In this document: one piece after another, positions 10,002 to 18,436 of the stretch | How the letters are laid out: each line of letters starts with the position of its first letter | Position numbering within the stretch: the stretch's first letter is position 1 | NCBI GenBank assembly: GCA_963733055.1 | Contig: CAVTBR010000001.1 | Span: 1,472,001 to 1,536,000 of the forward strand | Length of the DNA stretch: 64,000 nucleotides | Direction: 5' to 3' | DNA from: Candidatus Bathyarchaeota archaeon | GTDB lineage: Archaea; Thermoproteota; Bathyarchaeia; 40CM-2-53-6 | Position numbers and translations under genes: made by a program | Notes under the pieces: model-generated | The model's database searches: none | Seen by the model: only the letters and a program-made list of their open reading frames with translations | What the model was told of the DNA's origin: nothing

Positions 10002-10126
10002 AACACGAGCCTAAACCTTTCTAGAATCTCCACATTTTTCTTAACGAATCCTATGTCAGTTTGTGTCGGATCAATGCTAATCGAATTAGGTGCATTTGAT
10101 GGCGCTGCATTCTACCAGGTTTGGAG

Positions 10127-10744
10127 CTAACCTTTCTTATTGCAGAGCATGCATTCATATTTGCCTAAAGAATCCCTGGCGTGGGGAATGTTCCCTCTAT
10201 GTTGCTTGCAGGTCATATACTTGATTGACTTATTGATTATCTTCTCAAGCCAATCCTTAATTTCTGCTGATTTGGGGCTCAAGCGCGATACAATTCTATG
10301 AAGGTCTCTAGCTCCTAGATCGGTAATCGTATACTGCGTATAGAATTTGGTTTCTTCATTTCGGATAGATGCAATGAACTTTTTCTTCACAAGGCGGTTG
10401 TAGTACGTTTTAGATGTCTTCGTGCGATCAAAGGAGTAACTTAACCGAGGTTCTGATGCGATTCTCCATAATTGATATCTGTTGAAAGTAACTCCGAATG
10501 TCGGATCGGTCTGAACGGATTTGGGTAGAGTTCCCATGTTCGAGTAGGGTCCGTGCTGGGCATAGAACAGAACAGCGAGATAACGCACTTCCTCAAGTTT
10601 AGGATCCTTGTTAAGCACGTAGATGAAATCAGCTCTCTCCAAGACGTTCAGCACAAACTCTATTTCTTCAGTGGAAAGAGGTTGCGCATCGTCGTCATTG
10701 CCCTGCCCGGTGTCTGCAGGCATGTCAGGCATTTCTCCTGTCAA
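10127..10744 (-). CDS. Winged-helix DNA-binding protein with C-terminal Cys/His motif
   Basis: YYNRLVKKKFI...YTITDLG wing motif; CKQH..H..CMLC tail. Confidence 0.55.
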   Translation of the reverse strand: MTGEMPDMPADTGQGNDDDAQPLSTEEIEFVLNVLERADFIYVLNKDPKLEEVRYLAVLFYAQHGPYSNMGTLPKSVQTDPTFGVTFNRYQLWRIASEPRLSYSFDRTKTSKTYYNRLVKKKFIASIRNEETKFYTQYTITDLGARDLHRIVSRLSPKSAEIKDWLEKIINKSIKYMTCKQHRGNIPHARDSLGKYECMLCNKKG

Positions 10745-10746
10745 GC

Positions 10747-11130
10747 TTACCTTCGCAAATACTTCTTGCTCAGTTTTCTAATAGCCGCCTTTAGTGACCG
10801 TTGTCTTGAGTCAGTTACTATCATTTCTACAAGACCTTCGACTTCCTTCCAGGTGGCTTTTTTTCCCAAGCCGAGTCGAGACGAGAGCTTGGGTATCTCC
10901 TCTCTATCCACATTGAACAGTTGATCGATCAGGCTGAAAATCAAGATGGCTCTGGCTTGGAGAGTAATTCCTTTTGGTACGTACTGATCCATAGAATCCA
11001 GGTGCGTCTCAACGCTGCGTATATCTTGCACCATGATACTTGATTGACTTAGGTCGGTTCCTCCTCGCAACATTCGATCATGCAACCTCCAAACCCGTAA
11101 AATGCTGGAGGCCTCATCAAGCATGCTCAC
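10747..11130 (-). CDS. Hypothetical protein
   Basis: 127-aa ORF tightly coupled to both neighbours (overlap and 2-bp gap). Confidence 0.55.
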   Translation of the reverse strand: MSMLDEASSILRVWRLHDRMLRGGTDLSQSSIMVQDIRSVETHLDSMDQYVPKGITLQARAILIFSLIDQLFNVDREEIPKLSSRLGLGKKATWKEVEGLVEMIVTDSRQRSLKAAIRKLSKKYLRR

Positions 11131-11333
11131 GACTCAGAAACCTCAAGGCAATAGGGGAGATGGACGCCAATTAAGACATTCGGTGTCAGGAATCTCTCTA
11201 CCTGCAACGTTGCGACCATCATTGGGGGGCAATTATGCGAAATGTGTTCTAGACAGAACACGCAACCGCACCCTAGGCAGTCCACTTTGCCCTTTCTGCC
11301 GCACATTACACAAGCAGATTCCTTGAGCACCAT
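11127..11333 (-). CDS. AN1/B-box-like zinc-finger protein
   Basis: CVMC-x7-CLGC-x4-CLEHISHNC pattern. Confidence 0.5.
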   Translation of the reverse strand: MVLKESACVMCGRKGKVDCLGCGCVFCLEHISHNCPPMMVATLQVERFLTPNVLIGVHLPYCLEVSES

Positions 11334-11379
11334 CTTGTATCACCAAAAAATCAATTAGACTTCAGAAAATCTATACCCA

Positions 11380-11410
11380 TAGTCGCAGAAACGTTGCAAG
11401 GGCGTTGCAC
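11380..11410. promoter_or_regulatory. Putative operator, three GTYGCA units at 11-bp spacing
   Basis: GTCGCA 11382, GTTGCA 11393, GTTGCA 11404. Confidence 0.55.
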
Positions 11411-11574
11411 CACGAAAGAACACGCGCTATGGTCGATCCTTTCAAATGATGAGTTCCTACGAACTGAACACAGCTAAATGGGAGAAGATGAGCTCATCTA
11501 CGCGATTCTGAGTAATCACTAGAGTTGTGATAGTTTTCGTCCTGCACTAACTAATCCTTGTACTGGTAACAGCG

Positions 11575-12273
11575 CTATTCCGGAGGTATGTTCAGCAGTT
11601 TAATTCTCTTCCATAGGGGAAGCAGGCACTTCACGCACTCGTTGCTCCAGTTAAGTGCAAGGTTATTTCGCTTTCCTTCAACACGCCAGATGATTAATTC
11701 AGATTGGTTGAGTTGCTCAAGAAGTCTCTTGAATTTGGGTCTGCGTATGGTCGTAAGTGGAATACCCGCTAAGTAAGCTAGTTCTGTGAGGTTTGTATAT
11801 TGTGTAGGATCTCTCCTTAGCTGGGCCAGAGCCATGCCCAGCCTATGCATTTGAGCATGGCCATACCATTGTGAGATAGCCATTGCAAGCTTTCTTGTTT
11901 CGACCTCATACTTCTTACGAGAGGCTACTTCGAGTAGAAGTGCATTCAATTCTTCTTTTACGATTTTTCGCAGAAGTCCCTTGACTATGATTGCGGACCG
12001 GAATTGCTTGTCAATTATCAAAGTTGAGCTGGATTTGGAATTATTGGAATCATTTTGCCCTGCATCTTGTTTGTCAATGGGATCCGATGGTCGATTTCTG
12101 TATCTGTCCCGGGTCGCAGCTTGCAATTTAGCCACCTTTACAATTATGTGGCTATTGGCGAGTTTACCATGAATGTTGCAGATTGGTTGCACAGCGCCCT
12201 TCGGCACACTTAGTTTTTGGCAAGACGACTTTGCGTCATACATCCATACATCTTTGCAACTAAACAGCAACAT
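11575..12273 (-). CDS. Protein with C-terminal winged-helix (ArsR-like) domain; start uncertain
   Basis: NLTELAYLAGIPLTTI...LLEQLNQSELI..RVEGKRNNLALN. Confidence 0.55.
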   Translation of the reverse strand: MLLFSCKDVWMYDAKSSCQKLSVPKGAVQPICNIHGKLANSHIIVKVAKLQAATRDRYRNRPSDPIDKQDAGQNDSNNSKSSSTLIIDKQFRSAIIVKGLLRKIVKEELNALLLEVASRKKYEVETRKLAMAISQWYGHAQMHRLGMALAQLRRDPTQYTNLTELAYLAGIPLTTIRRPKFKRLLEQLNQSELIIWRVEGKRNNLALNWSNECVKCLLPLWKRIKLLNIPPE

Positions 12274-12525
12274 CCCTTCTAGATACTAGAATCAACTTAG
12301 CTTGCTCACGAGCGGAGGTGAAATTTGTCATGCTCTATTGCCCCGTTGACCCATTGTGCGTAGGTCTCATCTACCGGAAACGTCATTTCGTCCGGCAGTC
12401 CTACATGGATAATCGTGCACCGTACTCAGGCGAGACCGACTAGGTTCTCAGGTCATCTCGCAAGACACAAATCGCATAGTGGACTAGGCTGAGTATATGT
12501 GAAATAGCTGATAGCAGAATGCTTG

Positions 12526-14223
12526 CTAACTGAATGAAATGGTTGAATCCGGTTGCCCAAAGAGAACGTAGGCCGCCCAAGTCACGAGGTCAGTGGTCTT
12601 TGTCCCTTCTAGACGAGCAAGTTGAAGCGCTGTTCCAACAGACGTTCCCGAACATAGTCTTCTGTAAAAAGCGATAGCTATCTTTCTTGCCAAATCGTCA
12701 AAGACTGGCCATAGTGTTCCAACATAGGCTCTAGCCCCTGCCGACGTGAATGCCGAGGCTAAGCCTTCAATACGTGGCGTTACCATGAATTCGCTCACAT
12801 GGATCTCTTGATCTTCGATCCCCGTTTCGCACGCGTTCACGAAGACGACGGGAGAACCACCCAGAAGATTGTATATCTCATTGGCGCTCATGGGAATTGT
12901 TCCTCCAGAGCCATTATTTAGAAGTAGAAAAGCCTCCTTATGCTCCTTCAGATATCCAGCATGTCCAGAGTAGTGCACTATATCGTAGGCCTGAGCTAAT
13001 AACCGAGCCACAGTTTCCGGGGTGACCTTTTTCCCAGTGACAATATCGACCTCGATCTTGTCCGCCATCTCAGAAGTTTCGACATTGCGAGCTATTTCCT
13101 CTGCTTCTTCGCGAGCCTCGGGCAACGCTTTTCCAGTCACATTTTCGAGAGGATCCGCAAGGATTAGCATTTTCAGCTTCGCAGGCATCGTGGCTGGTAC
13201 TAAGTGCCTTTGTGGGAAAAACGGTCTGATGATAGTTCTACCCATGGAATACTGTCGGCACAGGAAATCCCGTCCGTCATGCAACAACTCCCAAGGAATC
13301 TTAGAATCATCGGTCGAGATGACCAGGTAGCCATCATGGGATCGCAAGTCAGCCCCTATATCCTTCGGAATCAAAGAAGCAAACAGCCCTTTCCCAAGTT
13401 CTTCTAGATTGGGAGGAGGGCCTTCGGATTCAAGCATCAGTTCACGATGGATACTTCGGTTTGCGAGTGAATCATGTAACGAAAGATCATATGTGATCCT
13501 GCCTTGTAGATTTTTAGCGAAGTGAGAGAGAAGTCTTCTGTTCAAACGCTTATGGAATGGTCCAACTGGGTTGGGAAGATCGCTTCTCTCATAAACGATA
13601 GCGAATCCATCTCGCGAGCTTTGCATTAGCAATTTTGTCATGAAAGCTCTCTCATGGACTCGATTCTGAATTCGTCGAGGTTTCCATTTTTCGCGATATG
13701 TCACGACGGTTTGAAACTGTTCTTTCGAAAGTCGCGAAAGTTCAGGGGCGCCTTTGGTAATCATCTGGCAAGCGCGGTCTCCGCGGTCTATTAGCTCGTC
13801 AGCCTCCCTCGCAGCTTTCCTCTCGACGTCGAGTAGAAGTGCAGTTAGGCCAACTAGCCCGGTAGCCTCGACGTCAAGAGTGCCCTGGACCGAAGTCTGG
13901 TTATCGCCAGTTCGACAATAAGTGAGTGTTGCAAGAGCCTGCTGAGACAATCCGAACTTATGCGCTGAGACGAGATACTTGGCTACGCCTTTTTCAGAGT
14001 CGCCCTCGATAATAATCAGTTGAACGGAGCCACGCCCTTTGAATCTCTTTTTTCCAACAAGCGGATTGACTATACTCCAGAATCCGTCCCGCTCCTTTAC
14101 CACATTCCACCTGTGATCCATCATTGTGTCAAGGATATCCCAGTTCTCACAAAAACAGCGAACAACATCGGGAGTCGTCTGGATGATTCTGCCACGTTCG
14201 ATATGGAGATGCAATCTCAACAC
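12526..14223 (-). CDS. CHAT-domain (caspase/HetF-like) protease with putative N-terminal SRPBCC/START-like domain
   Basis: IPWELL, ILADP...LPEAREE, catalytic VHYSGH and FVNACETG, GLASAF..AGA..YVGTLWPVFD, WAAYVLFG. Confidence 0.85.
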   Translation of the reverse strand: MLRLHLHIERGRIIQTTPDVVRCFCENWDILDTMMDHRWNVVKERDGFWSIVNPLVGKKRFKGRGSVQLIIIEGDSEKGVAKYLVSAHKFGLSQQALATLTYCRTGDNQTSVQGTLDVEATGLVGLTALLLDVERKAAREADELIDRGDRACQMITKGAPELSRLSKEQFQTVVTYREKWKPRRIQNRVHERAFMTKLLMQSSRDGFAIVYERSDLPNPVGPFHKRLNRRLLSHFAKNLQGRITYDLSLHDSLANRSIHRELMLESEGPPPNLEELGKGLFASLIPKDIGADLRSHDGYLVISTDDSKIPWELLHDGRDFLCRQYSMGRTIIRPFFPQRHLVPATMPAKLKMLILADPLENVTGKALPEAREEAEEIARNVETSEMADKIEVDIVTGKKVTPETVARLLAQAYDIVHYSGHAGYLKEHKEAFLLLNNGSGGTIPMSANEIYNLLGGSPVVFVNACETGIEDQEIHVSEFMVTPRIEGLASAFTSAGARAYVGTLWPVFDDLARKIAIAFYRRLCSGTSVGTALQLARLEGTKTTDLVTWAAYVLFGQPDSTISFS

Positions 14224-14340
14224 TAGAGTTAACTCAATTACCGAGTAGGAATCCTATAAGTAAAGCGCCGCGGAGCCTCCACGACCGTTTCAAGAGTTAC
14301 CTAGTTGTTGGACGGAAAGTGGACCGCTTTCCATAGCTCA

Positions 14341-14375
14341 TCTGAAAGGAAAGAAAGGGGAAGGGATGGAAGAGG
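14341..14375 (-). terminator. Pyrimidine-rich terminator-like tract
   Basis: Minus strand reads CCTCTTCCATCCCTTCCCCTTTCTTTCCTTTC just after the 14388 stop. Confidence 0.35.
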
Positions 14376-14387
14376 GCAGTTATCAGG

Positions 14388-14543
14388 TCAGTAACGAATG
14401 GTCCTTGGGACGTAGTGGTTAGAAATATCTGGCACAGAAATCGTAGCGGTGTGGGTAGCTAGATCTATGTCCGCAAGTTGTCCTCCGATCATCCCTATTG
14501 TTCTAGACGGTAAGGGTCTGAACCGGTCCAACGGGTCGTACAA
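14388..14543 (-). CDS. Small hypothetical peptide (51 aa)
   Basis: TTG start with GTGA SD: MYDPLDRFRPLPSRTIGMIGGQLADIDLATHTATISVPDISNHYVPRTIRY*; upstream GTCGCA/GATGCA/GTTGCT triplet at 14596/14607/14618. Confidence 0.4.
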   Translation of the reverse strand: MYDPLDRFRPLPSRTIGMIGGQLADIDLATHTATISVPDISNHYVPRTIRY

Positions 14544-14734
14544 GTCATTTTCACTTCGCTTGGCAGTAACGGCGTATCCAAAGGACTAACCTTCTGTCGC
14601 AATCTAGATGCAAAGCAGTTGCTGAGCCGTTAGTTACCCTCCACTCAGCCATCATTCATAATTATGGTGCAACTTGAGCAACTAGATTCCTCAAAACGGA
14701 CTCTTGTATCTAAGAGAATGTCACTTCCATACAG

Positions 14735-15460
14735 ATGTCAATGGGAGATGTTCACATGTTTGAACACAATTTGTTGACACTTGGAGCAGCATCATTTGGA
14801 GTCATTCAGTTTCTAGGTCAAACTCTCTTAGCCATCATTGTCTGCGCGGCTGTTATCGCGTTCGCGATTCTCTTTGCTGGGAAATTGGGGATCTTTGCGC
14901 GGAAAAGAGTTGAGGATTGGACAAGGGAGTTCACACCAAGGATTTCAAGAAGCCGTTCCACTGTTGGGAAAGCTACGAGAACTCATGCACAAACTTTCAC
15001 ATATGATCCTGATGCCAAAGAGGCAAATGCTTACAGTTCTGATAGAAATTTCAAAGTTTGGTCAAAGGCATTCCCTATAGAGAAACGAGTGTACGAAGAG
15101 TTCGATGGACTGTTAAGGTCAAATTCGCCAACACGATTTCTTCTTTTGAGTACTGATCCACCAACCCTCAAGATGACTCAATGGGGGCCGATGCCGATCG
15201 TAACCGCACTGTATCAAGTTGAAGATCTCGATAAGTTTCCAGAATACTATACAACGCTGCCCAAGAACGTTGTCGCTACAGCTCACAACCATCTGAAAGA
15301 CGCGAGTATTGCTGAGCATGATATCGAGATTTTCGAAAGCATTGATCGGCTCATAGGAATGAAGGTACATGTGATCGGCACGAAGATTGAACGCCGGATG
15401 TATTGCACGGGTGATGGTCCTGTTTTCACAGGACATGCGGCGGTTGGAGGTGAAAAGTGA
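14735..15460 (+). CDS. Membrane-anchored JAB/MPN-like protein
   Basis: Hydrophobic N-terminal helix (LLAIIVCAAVIAFAILFAG); VATAHNH-x9-D resembles the JAMM HxH-x10-D motif. Confidence 0.55.
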   Translation: MSMGDVHMFEHNLLTLGAASFGVIQFLGQTLLAIIVCAAVIAFAILFAGKLGIFARKRVEDWTREFTPRISRSRSTVGKATRTHAQTFTYDPDAKEANAYSSDRNFKVWSKAFPIEKRVYEEFDGLLRSNSPTRFLLLSTDPPTLKMTQWGPMPIVTALYQVEDLDKFPEYYTTLPKNVVATAHNHLKDASIAEHDIEIFESIDRLIGMKVHVIGTKIERRMYCTGDGPVFTGHAAVGGEK

Positions 15461-15558
15461 ACCTTGGGAAATTGGCATGATGGAGAAGTCCCTCAACCTA
15501 GAGCGGAAACAAGTGGAATGAAATCAAGTGAACCACCAGATCTGGAGTATGCGTAACA

Positions 15559-15888
15559 ATGCGATACCAGTATCGGTATATTGCCGGACGTCGTTTCATC
15601 TACCTAGAAGACTATCACCTGCCATCTACATGTCAGTGCGACTTCACCCACTCCACCATTTCGCTTCTGGTTGATGTTGATGGTGACAAGCCGCTCTTGT
15701 ACGTTCCAACCATGTTGCAGTGCTTTCGTGGCACTTCATTCCATCTCAATCAACCTGCTCCAAGCTATCTCGGCCGTGGTTGGAAGTGGGCGTGCTGGGA
15801 GATTGAGGATTGGAGCTACAATAGGTACGGGGGAGAGGCGCTGGTCAACCTCATAGACAACTACTTCACAAACTATTGGAGAACATGA
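15559..15888 (+). CDS. Prokaryotic E2/UBC-like protein (Prok-E2 family E-like); true start possibly TTG 15464 with a frameshift
   Basis: GRRFIYLEDYHLP...GRGWKWACWEIEDW matches the E2_E pattern; sits directly upstream of an E1. Confidence 0.55.
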   Translation: MRYQYRYIAGRRFIYLEDYHLPSTCQCDFTHSTISLLVDVDGDKPLLYVPTMLQCFRGTSFHLNQPAPSYLGRGWKWACWEIEDWSYNRYGGEALVNLIDNYFTNYWRT

Positions 15889-17144
15889 ATTTGGAATCGA
15901 GAGTAAGTTATGAGTCATGGGCATTGCCTGTATACTTAGAGATAGTAGACCATTTCGAGAGAAACAAACCAAACGAATCATTTGGCGTAGGCTTAGCGGA
16001 GGAATACCCAGACCCATACAGACCTGGCTGGGTTTGGCACAAAGTAAGGAAAGTCGTAATTCCCGCAGATGAGGACTATCAGGCTCAGAACGGAGTATAC
16101 ATCAAACTGAAACGCAGCTTCATCGACAGGCTGATCGAAACTGCCGAAGAGACTAAGCTTCAACCGAAAGTATTTGATCACTGCCAACCCATCGATGTTC
16201 TAAGTCAGACAGATTTTGATACAATGAGGAAAGTCGAAGCTTATTACAAGAACACGGTGACAGGATCTTACAACAGATACCACCGATTCTTTAGACTCAC
16301 CGAAACTGGAACAGAAATTGTGCCATGGAGCGTTGATGACGGAACTAACAATAGGCAGATTCTTGCGTACGGGGAGGAAACCCAACACCGAATTAGAACC
16401 TCATCAGTTCTTATCGCCGGCGTAGGGGGAATCGGCTGGAAGTGCGGCACCGATTCGCTACTCAAGGGAATCAGCAAGTTTGGCTTAGTTGATCCGGACA
16501 CGATTGAGAGATCAAACCTCTCAAGAATCCCATTACCTGAAACGCAGACTGGACAATACAAGGTAACACAATTGAAGAGAATAATGGAAGACCTACGGCC
16601 AAATGTAATATGCGACACGTGGTCCTCGAAGGTTCAGGACATCCCCAAAGATCAGCTGTCAAATTACGATGTCTGGATTGTCACTACTGACAACGTCAAA
16701 TCACGCGAGTATCTCAATCGAACGTCATTTGAGCTAGGAATTCCGACAATACAGGTCGGAGCCAGCCTCGAGAATGGCAACAGGGCTGTAAGTTGTCGAA
16801 CAGTAGTCCCTGGACGTACGCCTCAATGCTACTCGTGTTGGAAGGACTACACGCTCGAACAAATGCAGCGTGACTACTATACCCCGGAACAACTGGCCAG
16901 GATAAAGCAATCAAACCATCCGTACAATCTTCCAAGCCCAGTTCCCAGCATCGTAGACGTCAACTCGCTCGCTGCTGGACTCACTGGCGAAGCATTATTC
17001 AGAGTGCTGACAAACCAGAAGATAATCCCGAAAATATACGTGGACCTCAAGACAATGGAAACAAACATTTACGAGGGTAAGCAAGATCCCAATTGCAAAG
17101 TTTGCTCTGATTCCAATTTTTTCCTATCGAATGAACCCAACTGA
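15876..17144 (+). CDS. ThiF/E1 adenylyltransferase with N-terminal degenerate JAB domain
   Basis: RQ..YGEETQ..I..SSVLIAGVGGIG, VDPDTIERSNLSR, TDN..SR..LN, CYSC and CKVC zinc motifs; N-terminus PNES...FDHCQP...SQTD. Confidence 0.85.
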   Translation: MENMNLESRVSYESWALPVYLEIVDHFERNKPNESFGVGLAEEYPDPYRPGWVWHKVRKVVIPADEDYQAQNGVYIKLKRSFIDRLIETAEETKLQPKVFDHCQPIDVLSQTDFDTMRKVEAYYKNTVTGSYNRYHRFFRLTETGTEIVPWSVDDGTNNRQILAYGEETQHRIRTSSVLIAGVGGIGWKCGTDSLLKGISKFGLVDPDTIERSNLSRIPLPETQTGQYKVTQLKRIMEDLRPNVICDTWSSKVQDIPKDQLSNYDVWIVTTDNVKSREYLNRTSFELGIPTIQVGASLENGNRAVSCRTVVPGRTPQCYSCWKDYTLEQMQRDYYTPEQLARIKQSNHPYNLPSPVPSIVDVNSLAAGLTGEALFRVLTNQKIIPKIYVDLKTMETNIYEGKQDPNCKVCSDSNFFLSNEPN

Positions 17145-17319
17145 TCGACTAAGTGCTTCTTGGCCGAGATACTAGATTGTGGTGTCTCCTCTTTCAGTAA
17201 CTTCATTCTCTTTACGTTATCGGTACTACTATCCTCTGATGATTCGACTGCCTGCAGAGGTGACCAGTAACTTCAGTGGCTCTGATAAGCGCCCGCCTGT
17301 TTCTCGATTCGAATCCATG

Positions 17320-17598
17320 TCACCTGAATCTCCTGCTGAGAGTGAATATGCGAGTCAAAACGGGGATAGTTATCAGCTCGGTGTGTACGAAGGGGATTAG
17401 TAGCGGGAATAGGTTGCTGTAGCCTAGGGTCCTAGCTAAGGCATATGATGTTAGAGGATCAATAACTATCTCGTTTGCAACCCAGACCGCTAATGCCACC
17501 AAGCCTAATTTCTTGTGTGTTTTGAGTTCGTTCAGCAGTTTTCGTGGATCTAATCTTGAGGTCACGCAATCCAAAATGACGTCTTTTCTCGAGTTCAT
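17320..17598 (-). CDS. Small membrane protein (start uncertain)
   Basis: Hydrophobic segments LGLVALAVWVANEIV and LFPLLIPFV. Confidence 0.4.
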   Translation of the reverse strand: MNSRKDVILDCVTSRLDPRKLLNELKTHKKLGLVALAVWVANEIVIDPLTSYALARTLGYSNLFPLLIPFVHTELITIPVLTRIFTLSRRFR

Positions 17599-17932
17599 GA
17601 ATGCGTGATTGGGTGAAAGACGAATTGGGTCAAACGTCGCAGTCGTGGAGCACGCGTGTTGCATTCACGTTGCGTTAGAGCAATTTGGTTAACGAAACTT
17701 GCCATATTGAACTCTTGAAACTAAGAGAATGTGGCGTCCATAGCACTCTACGGAGAAGTTTGCATGTCCGGATTCGGACCTTTTGGAGAACGTGAGAATG
17801 AACCGCTCGATAGCAACTGCTACACTCTTTGTCGGTGGGGCATAGGTTGGACGGAATCCATCAGGTCACGAAGCGTTCTGGAAGAACCCGTCTATCCCCT
17901 CTCGCGTAAAAACGAAGATGGAGGGAATCATA

Positions 17933-18208
17933 ATGTTTGAAGATGTGATTCCTTACAACTTGATTGGAATTGCGATTATCGTCACTTTCTGTTACTTGGG
18001 AATGAAGACAAGGAACGCACTCATGCAGCTTCTCAGTTTCATTATTGTCATCTTGGTTGGAGCCTCACTTGCAGGTTTCTTTGATCTCGTTCAGTCCGTT
18101 GTTGCTATAGGATTCGCAGGTGTTGCACTGGTGATACTGTTGGCGTTAGTCCTCGTCTACATGCTCGTGTCCAAGATTGGTAGTTGGATGAGAAGTGCAC
18201 CACCTTGA
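17933..18208 (+). CDS. Small 3-TM membrane protein
   Basis: Three hydrophobic helices; GGAGG SD before ATG 17933. Confidence 0.6.
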   Translation: MFEDVIPYNLIGIAIIVTFCYLGMKTRNALMQLLSFIIVILVGASLAGFFDLVQSVVAIGFAGVALVILLALVLVYMLVSKIGSWMRSAPP

Positions 18209-18330
18209 ACGAAGAAGAGAGAAAACGCAGATTGCTCTGGATCATGATTGGCTTCTTAGTGCTAGTTGCAGGTGTTCTCATCTACGTCGCTAGGAGACTT
18301 CGTAGGCAGTCTGCTCAAAGATATGATTAA
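18205..18330 (+). CDS. Single-TM peptide (41 aa)
   Basis: MNEEERKRRLLWIMIGFLVLVAGVLIYVARRLRRQSAQRYD*; TTGA overlap with the previous stop. Confidence 0.55.
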   Translation: MNEEERKRRLLWIMIGFLVLVAGVLIYVARRLRRQSAQRYD

Positions 18331-18436
18331 CTTAAACGGTAACCGTTGAACGTCCTCACAGATCGCAGAATTCTAGATTCCCTCCTTGGAAGATGTGAGT
18401 CGTTTTCAGGCGGTCATCGATGCGGGGGGTGAGAGA

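Noticed and set aside
15437-15460. AVGG-EK tail of the JAB-like protein as a conjugatable GG
   Set aside because: The GGE codons coincide with the Shine-Dalgarno GGAGGTGA of the next gene, which explains them.
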